DNA from: an uncultured delta proteobacterium
GTDB taxonomy: Bacteria > Desulfobacterota > Zymogenia > Zymogenales > Zymogenaceae
Length of the DNA: 64,000 bases
NCBI GenBank assembly: GCA_963792965.1
Contig: CAWBYW010000009.1
Span: 192,001 to 256,000 of the forward strand
Reading direction: 5' to 3'
In this document: in pieces, positions 1 to 8,515 of the stretch
Layout of the letters: every line of letters begins with the position of its first letter
Position numbering within the stretch: the stretch's first letter is position 1
Notes under the pieces: generated by a model
Seen by the model: the letters and a program-made list of their open reading frames with translations, nothing else
What the model was told of the DNA's origin: nothing
Databases searched by the model: none
Translations under genes and position numbers: made by a program

Positions 1-1224
1 GATCCCGGCGATCTCCGGGTTCTTGAACTCCTTTTCCCCCGGGAGCGTCGTGATAATGCCGCCGCAGATGTCCTCTGCCAGCCTGGTCAGCTCATAGACA
101 ACCTTCGAGGCGATATACTTGGTATTGTTGCCAAGGACGATATCCGGGATCATCCCGACGCCGGGGGCGAATTCGGACTTGACGCAGGCCGCGATGCCGC
201 ACGAGTACATCATCTCGTTATACATGATCATATCGGTGATTTTCTCACGGACATGCGACACCTTGTCAACGCCGATATATTCGGCGTGAGCCTGCACCGC
301 CCCGATGAGGATGTCCGACCAGCCGGTCTTGCACCCGCCGGTGGTGGGCCGATGGGCGGCCCCGACCAGGTTGGTGAGCATGCCCGTGAAATCCGTCTCG
401 CCGCACATGAAGACCCGCTCCCACGGCACGAAGACGTTGTCGAAGACGACGACCGTCTCGTGGAAGCCGTAGGTGATGTTGCCGAGGTCCCAGGTGGCCC
501 CTTCTTTTCTGCGGTCGTCCTGGGAGTAGCGGGCCGAGATATTCGAGATCCCCTTGGCGTTGCCGGGGACCGCGCAGGCCACCGCGTAGTCCTCGGCACC
601 CTTCCCGTGCGTGGTGCAGGGGATGACGAGCTTCTCGTGGGAGGCCACGGAGCCCGTCTGGGCGACCTTCGCACCCTTGAGGTAGATCCCCTCCTTGGTC
701 TTATCCACCACCTTGAGGTACATCTCGGGATCTTCCTGTTTGTCGGCGGGCGTGCGCCGGTTCCCCTTGGGGTCGGTGATCGCCGGACAGCCGACCAGGT
801 CGTTTTTCTGGTAGTACTTGATATATTGTACGGCGTTGTCGTAGTAGTGGGTCCCCTTTGCCTCGTCGATCTTTTGCGCCGTCATGAGGATCGGGATAAA
901 GCCGTTCTGTACGCAGCGAAACGAGCACATCCCGATCCTCCGGTTGGCAAACCGTGTGATGTCGACCTTGCGGATATGATCCTCGACAGTCTGGGGGACA
1001 TGGGTCCAGCGGCTGATCGTGTCTCCCGTCAGGTGGGATTTAACAAGTATTTGATCGGCAAGCTCCTTCTCGTGCTGCATATCGTATGTGGCGGCCAGCG
1101 CATTTATCATCGGCCTCACGTGGGGGTGATTCACCACGTCCGCTCCGGTGATCTTCGTGCCGTCGATATAGAGGTTGAAATCCATATCGATCATGTCCTG
1201 GACGTACTCTTTTCCTGTCTTCAT
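1..1224 (-). CDS. 4-hydroxybutyryl-CoA dehydratase / HpaB-family flavo-Fe-S protein (3' end runs off window)
   Basis: Not in ORF track because it has no stop in the window. Manual translation MKTGKEYVQDM...CSFRC...TDPKGNR...KGAKVAQTG...FDNVFVPWERVFMCGE...HRPTTGGCK gives CxxxC and H-x6-C [4Fe-4S] ligands; SD AAAGGAG upstream. Confidence 0.85.
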   Translation of the reverse strand, partial: MKTGKEYVQDMIDMDFNLYIDGTKITGADVVNHPHVRPMINALAATYDMQHEKELADQILVKSHLTGDTISRWTHVPQTVEDHIRKVDITRFANRRIGMCSFRCVQNGFIPILMTAQKIDEAKGTHYYDNAVQYIKYYQKNDLVGCPAITDPKGNRRTPADKQEDPEMYLKVVDKTKEGIYLKGAKVAQTGSVASHEKLVIPCTTHGKGAEDYAVACAVPGNAKGISNISARYSQDDRRKEGATWDLGNITYGFHETVVVFDNVFVPWERVFMCGETDFTGMLTNLVGAAHRPTTGGCKTGWSDILIGAVQAHAEYIGVDKVSHVREKITDMIMYNEMMYSCGIAACVKSEFAPGVGMIPDIVLGNNTKYIASKVVYELTRLAEDICGGIITTLPGEKEFKNPEIAGI

Positions 1225-1322
1225 GCCCGTCTCCTTTCAATCGGTTGCTACGCGATTATTCACGATATTATAGTAAAACTTTCCTTTTTGTGTCTTGGCA
1301 CACCCCCCCTCCTAACCTTCCC

Positions 1323-1952
1323 TTATCTTTTTAGACCACGGGTGAATACCTCATACCCGGCGGCGAGCGTCGCCCGGAGGTAGTCCTTCCTTCCGTCGCG
1401 CATACGTTTGGCCTCCTCCCAGACCACAAGGCCCGTGAAGAGCCCCCACAGCGCGTCGGCCATCGCTATCGGATTTCCGGGAATGAAAACACCCGTGTCG
1501 ATGCCCTCCTGGAGGATCGATGCAAGTCTATCGATGGCGTTTTTCCCGCTTTCGTCCAGCACCGCCCTCAAACGATCAGACAACAAGGGGATGGTGCCCT
1601 CGATATGCGTATGGAGCAGCGCCCTCAGCGCGAGCGGATCCCTGCAGAAGACGTCGTACATCGCCTCCCACACCCGGTCGAGCTTTCGCACGGGGGAGAG
1701 GTCTGTGACCGCGGCGATCTCGGTGACTACGCGCTCAAATGAGGAGGCCGTATCGAGATTCAACGAGGCGTAGAGCTCGTCCTTGTTCATGAAGTAGAGG
1801 TAGATGGCCGCAGGCGACAGCTCCGCCTCCTGGGCAATGGCCTCGATCGTCGCGCCGACAAATCCGCGCTCGAGGAAAACCGTCTTTGCGGCCTTGAGTA
1901 TGGAATCCCGTCTGGCTTCTTTTTCTTTTTGTTTTCGTTCGGCTATTCCCAT
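1323..1952 (-). CDS. TetR/AcrR family transcriptional regulator
   Basis: N-terminal HTH (ILKAAKTVFLERGF..TIEAIAQEAELSPAAIYLYF). Confidence 0.93.
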   Translation of the reverse strand: MGIAERKQKEKEARRDSILKAAKTVFLERGFVGATIEAIAQEAELSPAAIYLYFMNKDELYASLNLDTASSFERVVTEIAAVTDLSPVRKLDRVWEAMYDVFCRDPLALRALLHTHIEGTIPLLSDRLRAVLDESGKNAIDRLASILQEGIDTGVFIPGNPIAMADALWGLFTGLVVWEEAKRMRDGRKDYLRATLAAGYEVFTRGLKR

Positions 1953-2001
1953 GAGAGAAGTTCCCTTTCTAAATTCGCCACAATTACTTAATGAGCTTCA
2001 G

Positions 2002-2037
2002 AAACTAAATAGTATTTAGTTTGCACGGCTTTGTCAA
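2002..2037 (-). promoter_or_regulatory. sigma70 promoter with overlapping palindromic operator
   Basis: TTGACA-17-TACTAT on minus strand; perfect inverted repeat AAACTAAATA-G-TATTTAGTTT at 2002-2022 covers the -10. Confidence 0.75.
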
Positions 2038-2188
2038 GAAAAAAATCACCGACTTTTTGTAGGGTTTCCCGGCGGGTGAGTTAGCTGAGCAAAGGAAAAG
2101 GGGAAAGACTCGTTCGGGGCGGCCGAGCGGAGATAACCTCGACGGAAAAGCACGCCGGTTTTAGAGGTACAGCGCCTCCGGCACATGA

Positions 2189-2220
2189 TAAAACAAAGCC
2201 CTCTCTTGCGAGAGGGCTCT
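2189..2220 (-). terminator. intrinsic terminator
   Basis: AGCCCTCTC-GCAA-GAGAGGGCT hairpin followed by TTGTTTTA on minus strand. Confidence 0.7.
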
Positions 2221-2292
2221 CTGTAGTAAAGGACAATTAAGGCATTCTGAGGGCTCCTGTGTCTTCGCGAGGCGAGCCGACCCGGATGCCTC

Positions 2293-2457
2293 CTATCGAC
2301 CCAGGAGCTCAAAGCTCTGAAATTCCGACGGGGCAATCACAGAACCGGGGCCCATCTTACCATACTCATAGGTTCCGTTCGCAAAGGCCGGTACGATTGA
2401 ACCAACCAGAACCGACAGACCGAGCAGAAAAGCAACCACTAAGTGTTTCGTGTTCAT
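2293..2457 (-). CDS. small secreted protein (54 aa; may extend to 2237 if there is one indel)
   Basis: Strong SD AGGAGG; MNTKHLVVAFLLGLSVLVGSIVPAFA-NGTY is a signal peptide with AxA site; followed by a terminator. Confidence 0.65.
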   Translation of the reverse strand: MNTKHLVVAFLLGLSVLVGSIVPAFANGTYEYGKMGPGSVIAPSEFQSFELLGR

Positions 2458-2567
2458 CTTTTATCCTCCTTGTGATACTTAATCACTATCAATTTGGTAG
2501 TATAGATGCACCACCGCTTCGAAGGGTTCGCCCCGTCAAAATAATAATGGGTGGATGGGAATAATTC

Positions 2568-2599
2568 TTGACATAATAGAATATATATTCTAATATAAT
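2568..2599 (+). promoter_or_regulatory. sigma70 promoter with TetR operator
   Basis: TTGACA at 2568, -10 TAATAT/TATAAT at 2591-2599; perfect 16-bp palindrome TAGAATATATATTCTA at 2577-2592. Confidence 0.75.
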
Positions 2600-2605
2600 G
2601 GCGAC

Positions 2606-3205
2606 ATGGGCAGAAACGCAAAATTCGACGATGAAGAGTTTATCCGGGCGGCGCTGGTCATCGTCTCGGAAGAGGGGCCCGGCGGCCTTACCGCGTCAGC
2701 CATCTCAAAGAAGACCGGGGCGCCGATCGGTTCCGTGTACCACCGCTTCCCTTCATTGGACCACATCGCGGCCCGGTTGTGGCTCGACATCGTCGGGTCG
2801 TTCCAGGACGGTTTCCTCGGCGCGCTCGAGAGAGGCGACGGGCGTGCCGCCGCGCTCCATACGCCCCGCTGGGCCAGGGAGCATGTCAGCGAAGGCAGAG
2901 TCCTGCTCCTCTTCCGCCGCGAGGAGGTGATGGGCACAGAATGGCCCGTTGAAGTGAGAGAGCGGGCTGCCGCCCTGGCTCACCAACTGGACGAGGGGTT
3001 TCAGGCCTTTGTCCGACGAAGATTCGGGAGCATCACGAAAGATACCATGAGAACCGCACGCTTTGCCCTGATCGATGTGCCCTACGCGGCCGTGAAGAGA
3101 CACCTTGAGGCAGGTGAAATGCCGCCGGAGATTGTCGACCGGCTGATCGAAAAGACATATCATTGCGTCATGGGAGGAAATGATGAGAATCTGGAACGTA
3201 CATGA
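2606..3205 (+). CDS. TetR/AcrR family transcriptional regulator
   Basis: MGRNAKF... HTH (LTASAISKKTGAPIGSVYHRFPS). Confidence 0.92.
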   Translation: MGRNAKFDDEEFIRAALVIVSEEGPGGLTASAISKKTGAPIGSVYHRFPSLDHIAARLWLDIVGSFQDGFLGALERGDGRAAALHTPRWAREHVSEGRVLLLFRREEVMGTEWPVEVRERAAALAHQLDEGFQAFVRRRFGSITKDTMRTARFALIDVPYAAVKRHLEAGEMPPEIVDRLIEKTYHCVMGGNDENLERT

Positions 3206-3680
3206 ACGGTGCCTGGATGCGTCTGAGGAAAAGGTCGGTGCACTCCTTAATACCCTCTCGAGCAAAAACGATCGGCTGTGGCCGGGCGACCGCTGGCCCC
3301 CCCAACGGTTTGACGCACCGCTGGGTGTTGGGGCGCGCGGTGGTCACGGGCCGGTGCGATACACCGTCTCGGCATACCTGCCCGGGAAGCTCGCGGAGTT
3401 TCGATTCGACGGCACAGGGCTGACGGCAGCATGGGACGGAAGGCACCTCTTCGAGGTCATCCCGCACAAAACCCACGTGATCCTCCGGCATACGATAGAC
3501 GCCGATTGTGACGCGCGCGCATGGCCTACCTGGTTTTTTATGATCCGGCCGATGCATAATGCCCTCATGGAGGACGCGCTGGACCGCGCAGAAGTCGGGC
3601 TCGACGTCGGGCCGAAAAGGCCGGCCCGGTGGGGGGTGTGGGTCAGGTTTCTGAGACGGATGGCGCCACGAAAGGCGTAA
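3180..3680 (+). CDS. SRPBCC/START-like (DUF2867-like) protein
   Basis: NVHER...DRLWP..WPP..FD..L.VGARGGHGPVRY...HNALMEDALDRA; overlaps the TetR stop. Confidence 0.75.
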   Translation: MMRIWNVHERCLDASEEKVGALLNTLSSKNDRLWPGDRWPPQRFDAPLGVGARGGHGPVRYTVSAYLPGKLAEFRFDGTGLTAAWDGRHLFEVIPHKTHVILRHTIDADCDARAWPTWFFMIRPMHNALMEDALDRAEVGLDVGPKRPARWGVWVRFLRRMAPRKA

Positions 3681-3787
3681 CGATTCGGTCGATCGCAACG
3701 GCTCCACAGGGGCGACGGCAGCCCGTAGGACGTATAGATCGTCCCTGCCCGAGCACGCAGGAATTCTCCTGGTGCGAATCTACCCCC

Positions 3788-4345
3788 TTATCCTTTGGCC
3801 GTGTTACGACCCGTGCCCTGCTTCCGCCACAGATAGCCGCGGAGGAATCTAAGAAAGAATTTCTTGGAGGCGAGCATTGTAAGCCCTGAAGCCGCGAGCC
3901 CGTCCTCCAACTCCCGCCACGTAAAGCCATAGGGTGGCTCCTCGACAAGGAGGACACCGCCGGGCTTGAGCGTTCTGACGATCTCCTTGACGGCGCCTTT
4001 CCAGTTCCTTATGTGGTGAAGGACACCGAAGATGAAAACCGCGTCGCAGGTACCATCCGGCAGATCAATGTCGGTCATGTCCCCCACGAAGAAATCTATC
4101 CCGAGGCCTCTTTTTCGCGCCAGCTTGATCTGTTCCGGCATGAGATCAAAGGCGATTACCCGAGACGGCGTAAACTCGTTCATAATAAGCTGTGTGCCGT
4201 AGCCGGAACCGCATCCGGCATCCATGATTACTGTTCCCGTGAGATTGATATTGTGAGTTCTCAGGAGCTCCCGGAAAGACGCGAACTCGACATGCTTGTG
4301 AAGGAAACGTCGCACGGGGTTATTCATCGCCAGGAATTCCACCAT
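3788..4345 (-). CDS. class I SAM-dependent methyltransferase
   Basis: DAGCGSG motif I, GVLHH, LKPGG. Confidence 0.9.
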   Translation of the reverse strand: MVEFLAMNNPVRRFLHKHVEFASFRELLRTHNINLTGTVIMDAGCGSGYGTQLIMNEFTPSRVIAFDLMPEQIKLARKRGLGIDFFVGDMTDIDLPDGTCDAVFIFGVLHHIRNWKGAVKEIVRTLKPGGVLLVEEPPYGFTWRELEDGLAASGLTMLASKKFFLRFLRGYLWRKQGTGRNTAKG

Positions 4346-4393
4346 ACCCAGCCGCCCCGTCTCGGCCGTACGTCCTGCGTGATGTTTTCTCTA

Positions 4394-5167
4394 TCAGGTT
4401 TCATACTGTTTATTCCTCTCGAATTTACCGGTCCATTCAGAGTTTGATTCTGGAGGCCACCCAGAAGGGCATTCTTTCTTTTGTCTGCAAAACCTGAAAT
4501 TGCAGACTTCTTGGCCATTGGCGACAGTTTGCGTTCTTTCAACACTCATCCCCATCGATTTCCACTTCGGCCAATCAGTAAGACACAGATAGGGAACTAA
4601 TTTTTCAAGTCCTTGAGAACACCAGAACTTATGAATCGCACATTCCCTGATATCATAGCCATACAGATAGTCTTCTCCTCCCTCTATAAAATCGGAGACC
4701 CAATCCGCGGGAAACCTGCGAAGCTGAGACTCCTTTGCTGCCAGTTTCCATTTTTCGATATTCTGTTCCTTGAAAAAGGAAAGCCTCTTAACGAGTCGGA
4801 ACGGGATCGGAATAGTATTATACGTCGTCTCGGCGAGCTTAAAAATAAACTCGCCTATCTCTCTCGTCGAAAGACGCTCCTCTTTCATGATACTGGCCAT
4901 CGGCATCAAGAAAGTCGCCAATACAAGGTTATAGTAAAAGGCGTTCTTCTTGCCGCCGATATCTGGAACTAACGGATAGAGCGATTTGAACACATCTCGA
5001 GCTCTCTTCAGCCAGATATTGGTTTTCTGTTTTCCATAACGCTTCTTCAGCACCTTCTTTTGAAAGAAAGCGGAAATATCGAATGCGAGCAATATTCTCG
5101 CAGATACCTCGACACTATCCTGACTCATCCTAAGCCTCCAATAACCGCTTATCAAGTAACGTAGCAT
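4394..5167 (-). CDS. L-2-amino-thiazoline-4-carboxylic acid hydrolase (ATC_hydrolase) family protein
   Basis: ECAIHKF...YLCLTD...RTQTVANGQEVCNFRF pattern; start uncertain (5167 or 5128). Confidence 0.75.
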   Translation of the reverse strand: MLRYLISGYWRLRMSQDSVEVSARILLAFDISAFFQKKVLKKRYGKQKTNIWLKRARDVFKSLYPLVPDIGGKKNAFYYNLVLATFLMPMASIMKEERLSTREIGEFIFKLAETTYNTIPIPFRLVKRLSFFKEQNIEKWKLAAKESQLRRFPADWVSDFIEGGEDYLYGYDIRECAIHKFWCSQGLEKLVPYLCLTDWPKWKSMGMSVERTQTVANGQEVCNFRFCRQKKECPSGWPPESNSEWTGKFERNKQYET

Positions 5168-5205
5168 TCCAAGGGGTCAGAGAAAGAACTAGATTAGATA
5201 GAATC

Positions 5206-5962
5206 CTAATTTCCTTCCTTTTTCCCTCCGATTGGAACAAGGTTATTCACCCCAAAAGCCTTCCCGTGAGCGGGGTAGATGGTCTTTGCCCCGTATGCTC
5301 TTAGTTTCTCCCAGCTTGCATAGACCTCATCGATGTCCATGATGAATATCGGATGATAGTGTATGGTGCAGACCTTGAGAAAATTCATGGCGGCGTCCCC
5401 GACGAAGGCGTCGCCGTTTGACATCACAACGGACATTGAGTCGCTGGTGTGCCCCGGCGTGTAAAGGATATCACCATCGATTCCGATGGACCGCAAAAAT
5501 CCGCGATCGTCTCCTGCCACCACATGGTCATCTCGTCTCGGGACAACGGGTGGACAGACACGCTTGCGAAAAAAGGAGAATATCCCGAGAATCACCTTGA
5601 CGCGCCGGTTCAGCGGCCTTGATTTACCCTCAAAGACGCCGCGGGCAAGAAACGGCAGGGCCTTCTCGTGGACGATGAGCCTTGCGCCGGTCTTTTCGAG
5701 GAGCTCGGCCGCAAAGCCCGCGTGATCATCGTGATGATGGGTCAAAAGGAGATATTTTATCTTCGGACGGATCGATACCGAAGTCTTTCGAGCTGCTTCA
5801 CGTGTTTTTCATACTCATTAGGAAAGCCGCAATCGATCTGAAGATACCCGCCGTCGCAGGGCAACAGATAGCAGTTTGTCATGCCAGAGCTTGATGATTT
5901 TAACGGCCCGGCTCCTTCTTTTCCCTCGGCCCGATTCGTGTCACGATTATCCCTGTCGTCAT
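5206..5962 (-). CDS. MBL-fold metallo-hydrolase (5' part frameshifted, probably read errors)
   Basis: THHHDDH motif, TPGHT, VGD, YPAHG; N-terminal TNCYLL...IDCG recovered in other frames; SD GAGG before ATG 5962. Confidence 0.82.
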
Positions 5963-6037
5963 TTCTTTACCTCACTCCAGACATGATATAGAGATTCGAC
6001 CCTATTCCTAATGTCCTGGTCCCTCTCTGCCTGTTGA

Positions 6038-6090
6038 AGTATATGAGAAATATCTCATATTGTCAATAGAAAAATGAGATACTATCTCAT
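6038..6090 (-). promoter_or_regulatory. sigma70 promoter with two palindromic operators
   Basis: TTGACA(6066-6061)-17-TATACT on minus strand; ATATGAGA-n4-TCTCATAT (6041-6060) and ATGAGATA-C-TATCTCAT (6074-6090). Confidence 0.8.
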
Positions 6091-6206
6091 ATTATTCTTC
6101 TCGCTTTTCACTTTCCGGTGTATAATAAATGAGTTTCCCGGTCGGAACGACAAGGGTCGCGTCGCTACAGATGTAGCGGAGATTTGCCGGCGAATCGTGA
6201 GGCGAA

Positions 6207-6846
6207 ATGGATACCGTGGAAAATCGAGAGAAAGGAGAGTCAGGGACCCGGTTCAGACCCGGGCAATCAGGACGAAACAGAAGATCATGGAGGCCGGCGA
6301 GACCTCTTTTCGAAGCGCGGGCTACCATAATGTCACCGCCGACGAAATCGCCCGCGCCGCCGGGGCGAGCGTCGGGAGCTTTTATGCCTATTTTGCCGGA
6401 TAAACGCGATCTCTTTTTGGCCGTGCTGGACGACTATTTCGCGCGATCGAGGCGTCGTCATGGAGGGGGTCGACGCGACATCGCCTCTGTCCGAAAGGCC
6501 AACGTCTCTTCCTTCATCATGAATACGATCAGTCTGCTGGTTTCAGTCACATCAGACGCATCCCCGCTCCTCAATAGGGAAATGCTGAAGATGTCGACTG
6601 GCCGATAGAGAGGTGAAGTCGCCGCCTGACGAGATGGACGCGACGGGTGGTACGATCCTTGAGGGAGGCATTATATCGACGGGCATGGACAGACGCGGGC
6701 CAGGGCCAAGGCGTTCGTCATCTATCACGCCGGCCGAAGGGATAATCCACCGGATTAGTCCTCGGCCTGAAGAGCAGATCGAGGAGGAGGCGGTGTTGTT
6801 GGAGATGACGCGGCTCTTCGCCTCCTATCTGACGGAGATCATGTGA
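6207..6846 (+). CDS. TetR family regulator (several frameshifts)
   Basis: Pieces in different frames: PVQTRAIRTKQKIMEAG..GYHNVTADEIARAAGASVGSFYAYF / DKRDLFLAVL / EEAVLLEMTRLFASYL. Confidence 0.8.
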
Positions 6847-7009
6847 TCCGCAGATGGGGCCCTGCCCCAAGCCCCTCGCGACAGCAAATCCGCCCATTAT
6901 ATTTTTCTCATCCTTCCCATATCTCTTGACTCGCCCGACTATCTGGGATAAGAATAAAACATTCCCACACACAATGAGACCACCCATCCTGGTAGCATAC
7001 GGAGGTGCT

Positions 7010-8503
7010 ATGGACAACTATGACGTAATCGTCGTCGGCGCGGGGAACGCCGGCCTGACCGCGGCCACCGCCCTCTCCCAGAAGGGGGTAAAGGTGCTCG
7101 TCCTGGAGCGACACAACATCCCGGGCGGATGCGCCACGAGCTTCATGCGGGGGAGGTTCGAGTTCGAGATCGCCCTTCACCAGCTCTCCGGCGTCGGGAC
7201 TCCCCAATTCCCCGGTCCCTTGAGAAACCTCTTCACCGACCTGAGGATCGCAGATAAGATCGACCTCGTCGAGATGACGGACCTCTACCGGCTCGTCGTT
7301 CCGGGAATCCTCGATATTACCCTCAAGCCCGATCGCGCCAAGATCGTCGCGGATCTCTCGGAGCGTTTCCCCGACGAAAAGGACGCGATCGAGAAATTCT
7401 TCAACCTCATTTACGACTTTTTCGGTCAATTCCTTGCCGCCGTCGCGCGCAAAGGGGTAGACGTCACCCCCGCTGAGTTCCCCCTTTACTTCACGTATCT
7501 GTTCCGGAACGCCCAGCAGGTCCTCGACGAATACTTCACGGATCCCTACCTCAAGCTCACTATTGCCGCATACTGGCCCTATGCGGGTCTGCCGCCGCGC
7601 CTCATCTCCTTTGCGTTCCTGGCGGGGATGCTGTTCGGTTATATCGAATTCAAGCCGTGGCACGTGCTCGGCGGGTCCCAGGCGATATCCAATGCCCTGG
7701 CCGACGCCATCATAACGAGCGGGGGCGAGATCCGCTTCAACTGCGCCGTCAAAAAGATCATCATCAAAGACGGGAAAGCCTGCGGCGTCGTTACGGAAGA
7801 TGGGCAGACGATCGATGCCAAATACGTCGTCTCCAACGCGTTTCGTGCCAACACCTATCTCGACCTTCTGGACCCCGACCAGATCGATCCGTCGGTTGTT
7901 CACAGCCTCAGGGGGAAATCGATCGGCCCGTCGGCCATTACCATCTATATGGGGTTTGACTGCGAGCCGGAAGAGATGGGCATCACCGAATCGACAAACT
8001 TCATCTATCCCGACGCGGATATGGAAAAGGCCTATGACCGGATGAAGGTCATCGACACTACGGACAGCGCAATGCTCCTTACCTGCTACGACAAGATGCA
8101 CCCTGACTTCTCGCCAAAGGGGGCGTGCCAGGCGGCGCTGGTCAATCTCAAATATACCGAGCCGTGGCTGCGCGTCCCGCCCCACCGATACTTCGAGGAA
8201 AAGTTCAAGTGGGCCGATCTCATGCTCAAGGACGCCGAGAAGGTCTTCCCAAAGCTCCGGGACCACATCGAGGAGATCGAGGTCTCCACGCCGCTGACCC
8301 ACATGAGATACCTCGGGCACATCCACGGGTCAATCTATGGCTTTGACCAGTTCATGAAGGATCAAGCGCCGTTTGCCACCTTCAAGTCCCCTGTTCCGGG
8401 CCTCTTCGAGACCGGGGCGTCGGTCGCCGGCGGCGGGTTCCAGCCGACGCTCGAAAACGGGGCCAAGGTCGCCCGCGTCATACTCAAAGAGATGGGAGCA
8501 TAA
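7010..8503 (+). CDS. phytoene desaturase / retinol saturase (CrtI-like) FAD-dependent oxidoreductase
   Basis: GAGNAGL Rossmann fold, ERHNIPGGCATSF..GRFEFE, STPLT...GSIYG; GGAGG SD puts the start at 7010. Confidence 0.88.
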   Translation: MDNYDVIVVGAGNAGLTAATALSQKGVKVLVLERHNIPGGCATSFMRGRFEFEIALHQLSGVGTPQFPGPLRNLFTDLRIADKIDLVEMTDLYRLVVPGILDITLKPDRAKIVADLSERFPDEKDAIEKFFNLIYDFFGQFLAAVARKGVDVTPAEFPLYFTYLFRNAQQVLDEYFTDPYLKLTIAAYWPYAGLPPRLISFAFLAGMLFGYIEFKPWHVLGGSQAISNALADAIITSGGEIRFNCAVKKIIIKDGKACGVVTEDGQTIDAKYVVSNAFRANTYLDLLDPDQIDPSVVHSLRGKSIGPSAITIYMGFDCEPEEMGITESTNFIYPDADMEKAYDRMKVIDTTDSAMLLTCYDKMHPDFSPKGACQAALVNLKYTEPWLRVPPHRYFEEKFKWADLMLKDAEKVFPKLRDHIEEIEVSTPLTHMRYLGHIHGSIYGFDQFMKDQAPFATFKSPVPGLFETGASVAGGGFQPTLENGAKVARVILKEMGA

Positions 8504-8515
8504 AAGGGAGGAGAG

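Noticed and set aside
253-1383. 376-aa plus-strand ORF and many other long antisense ORFs (e.g. 6908-8326, 15689-17092, 46406-47896, 54387-55754)
   Set aside because: Shadow ORFs opposite recognisable genes in GC-rich DNA, with no motifs
2293-2295. Pyrrolysine or selenocysteine read-through at internal stops
   Set aside because: No homologous in-frame continuation after this TAG, and no pyl/sel genes or in-frame TGA at Cys positions noticed
2471-2487. CRP-like site TGTGA..TCACT
   Set aside because: Spacer is 7 nt rather than 6
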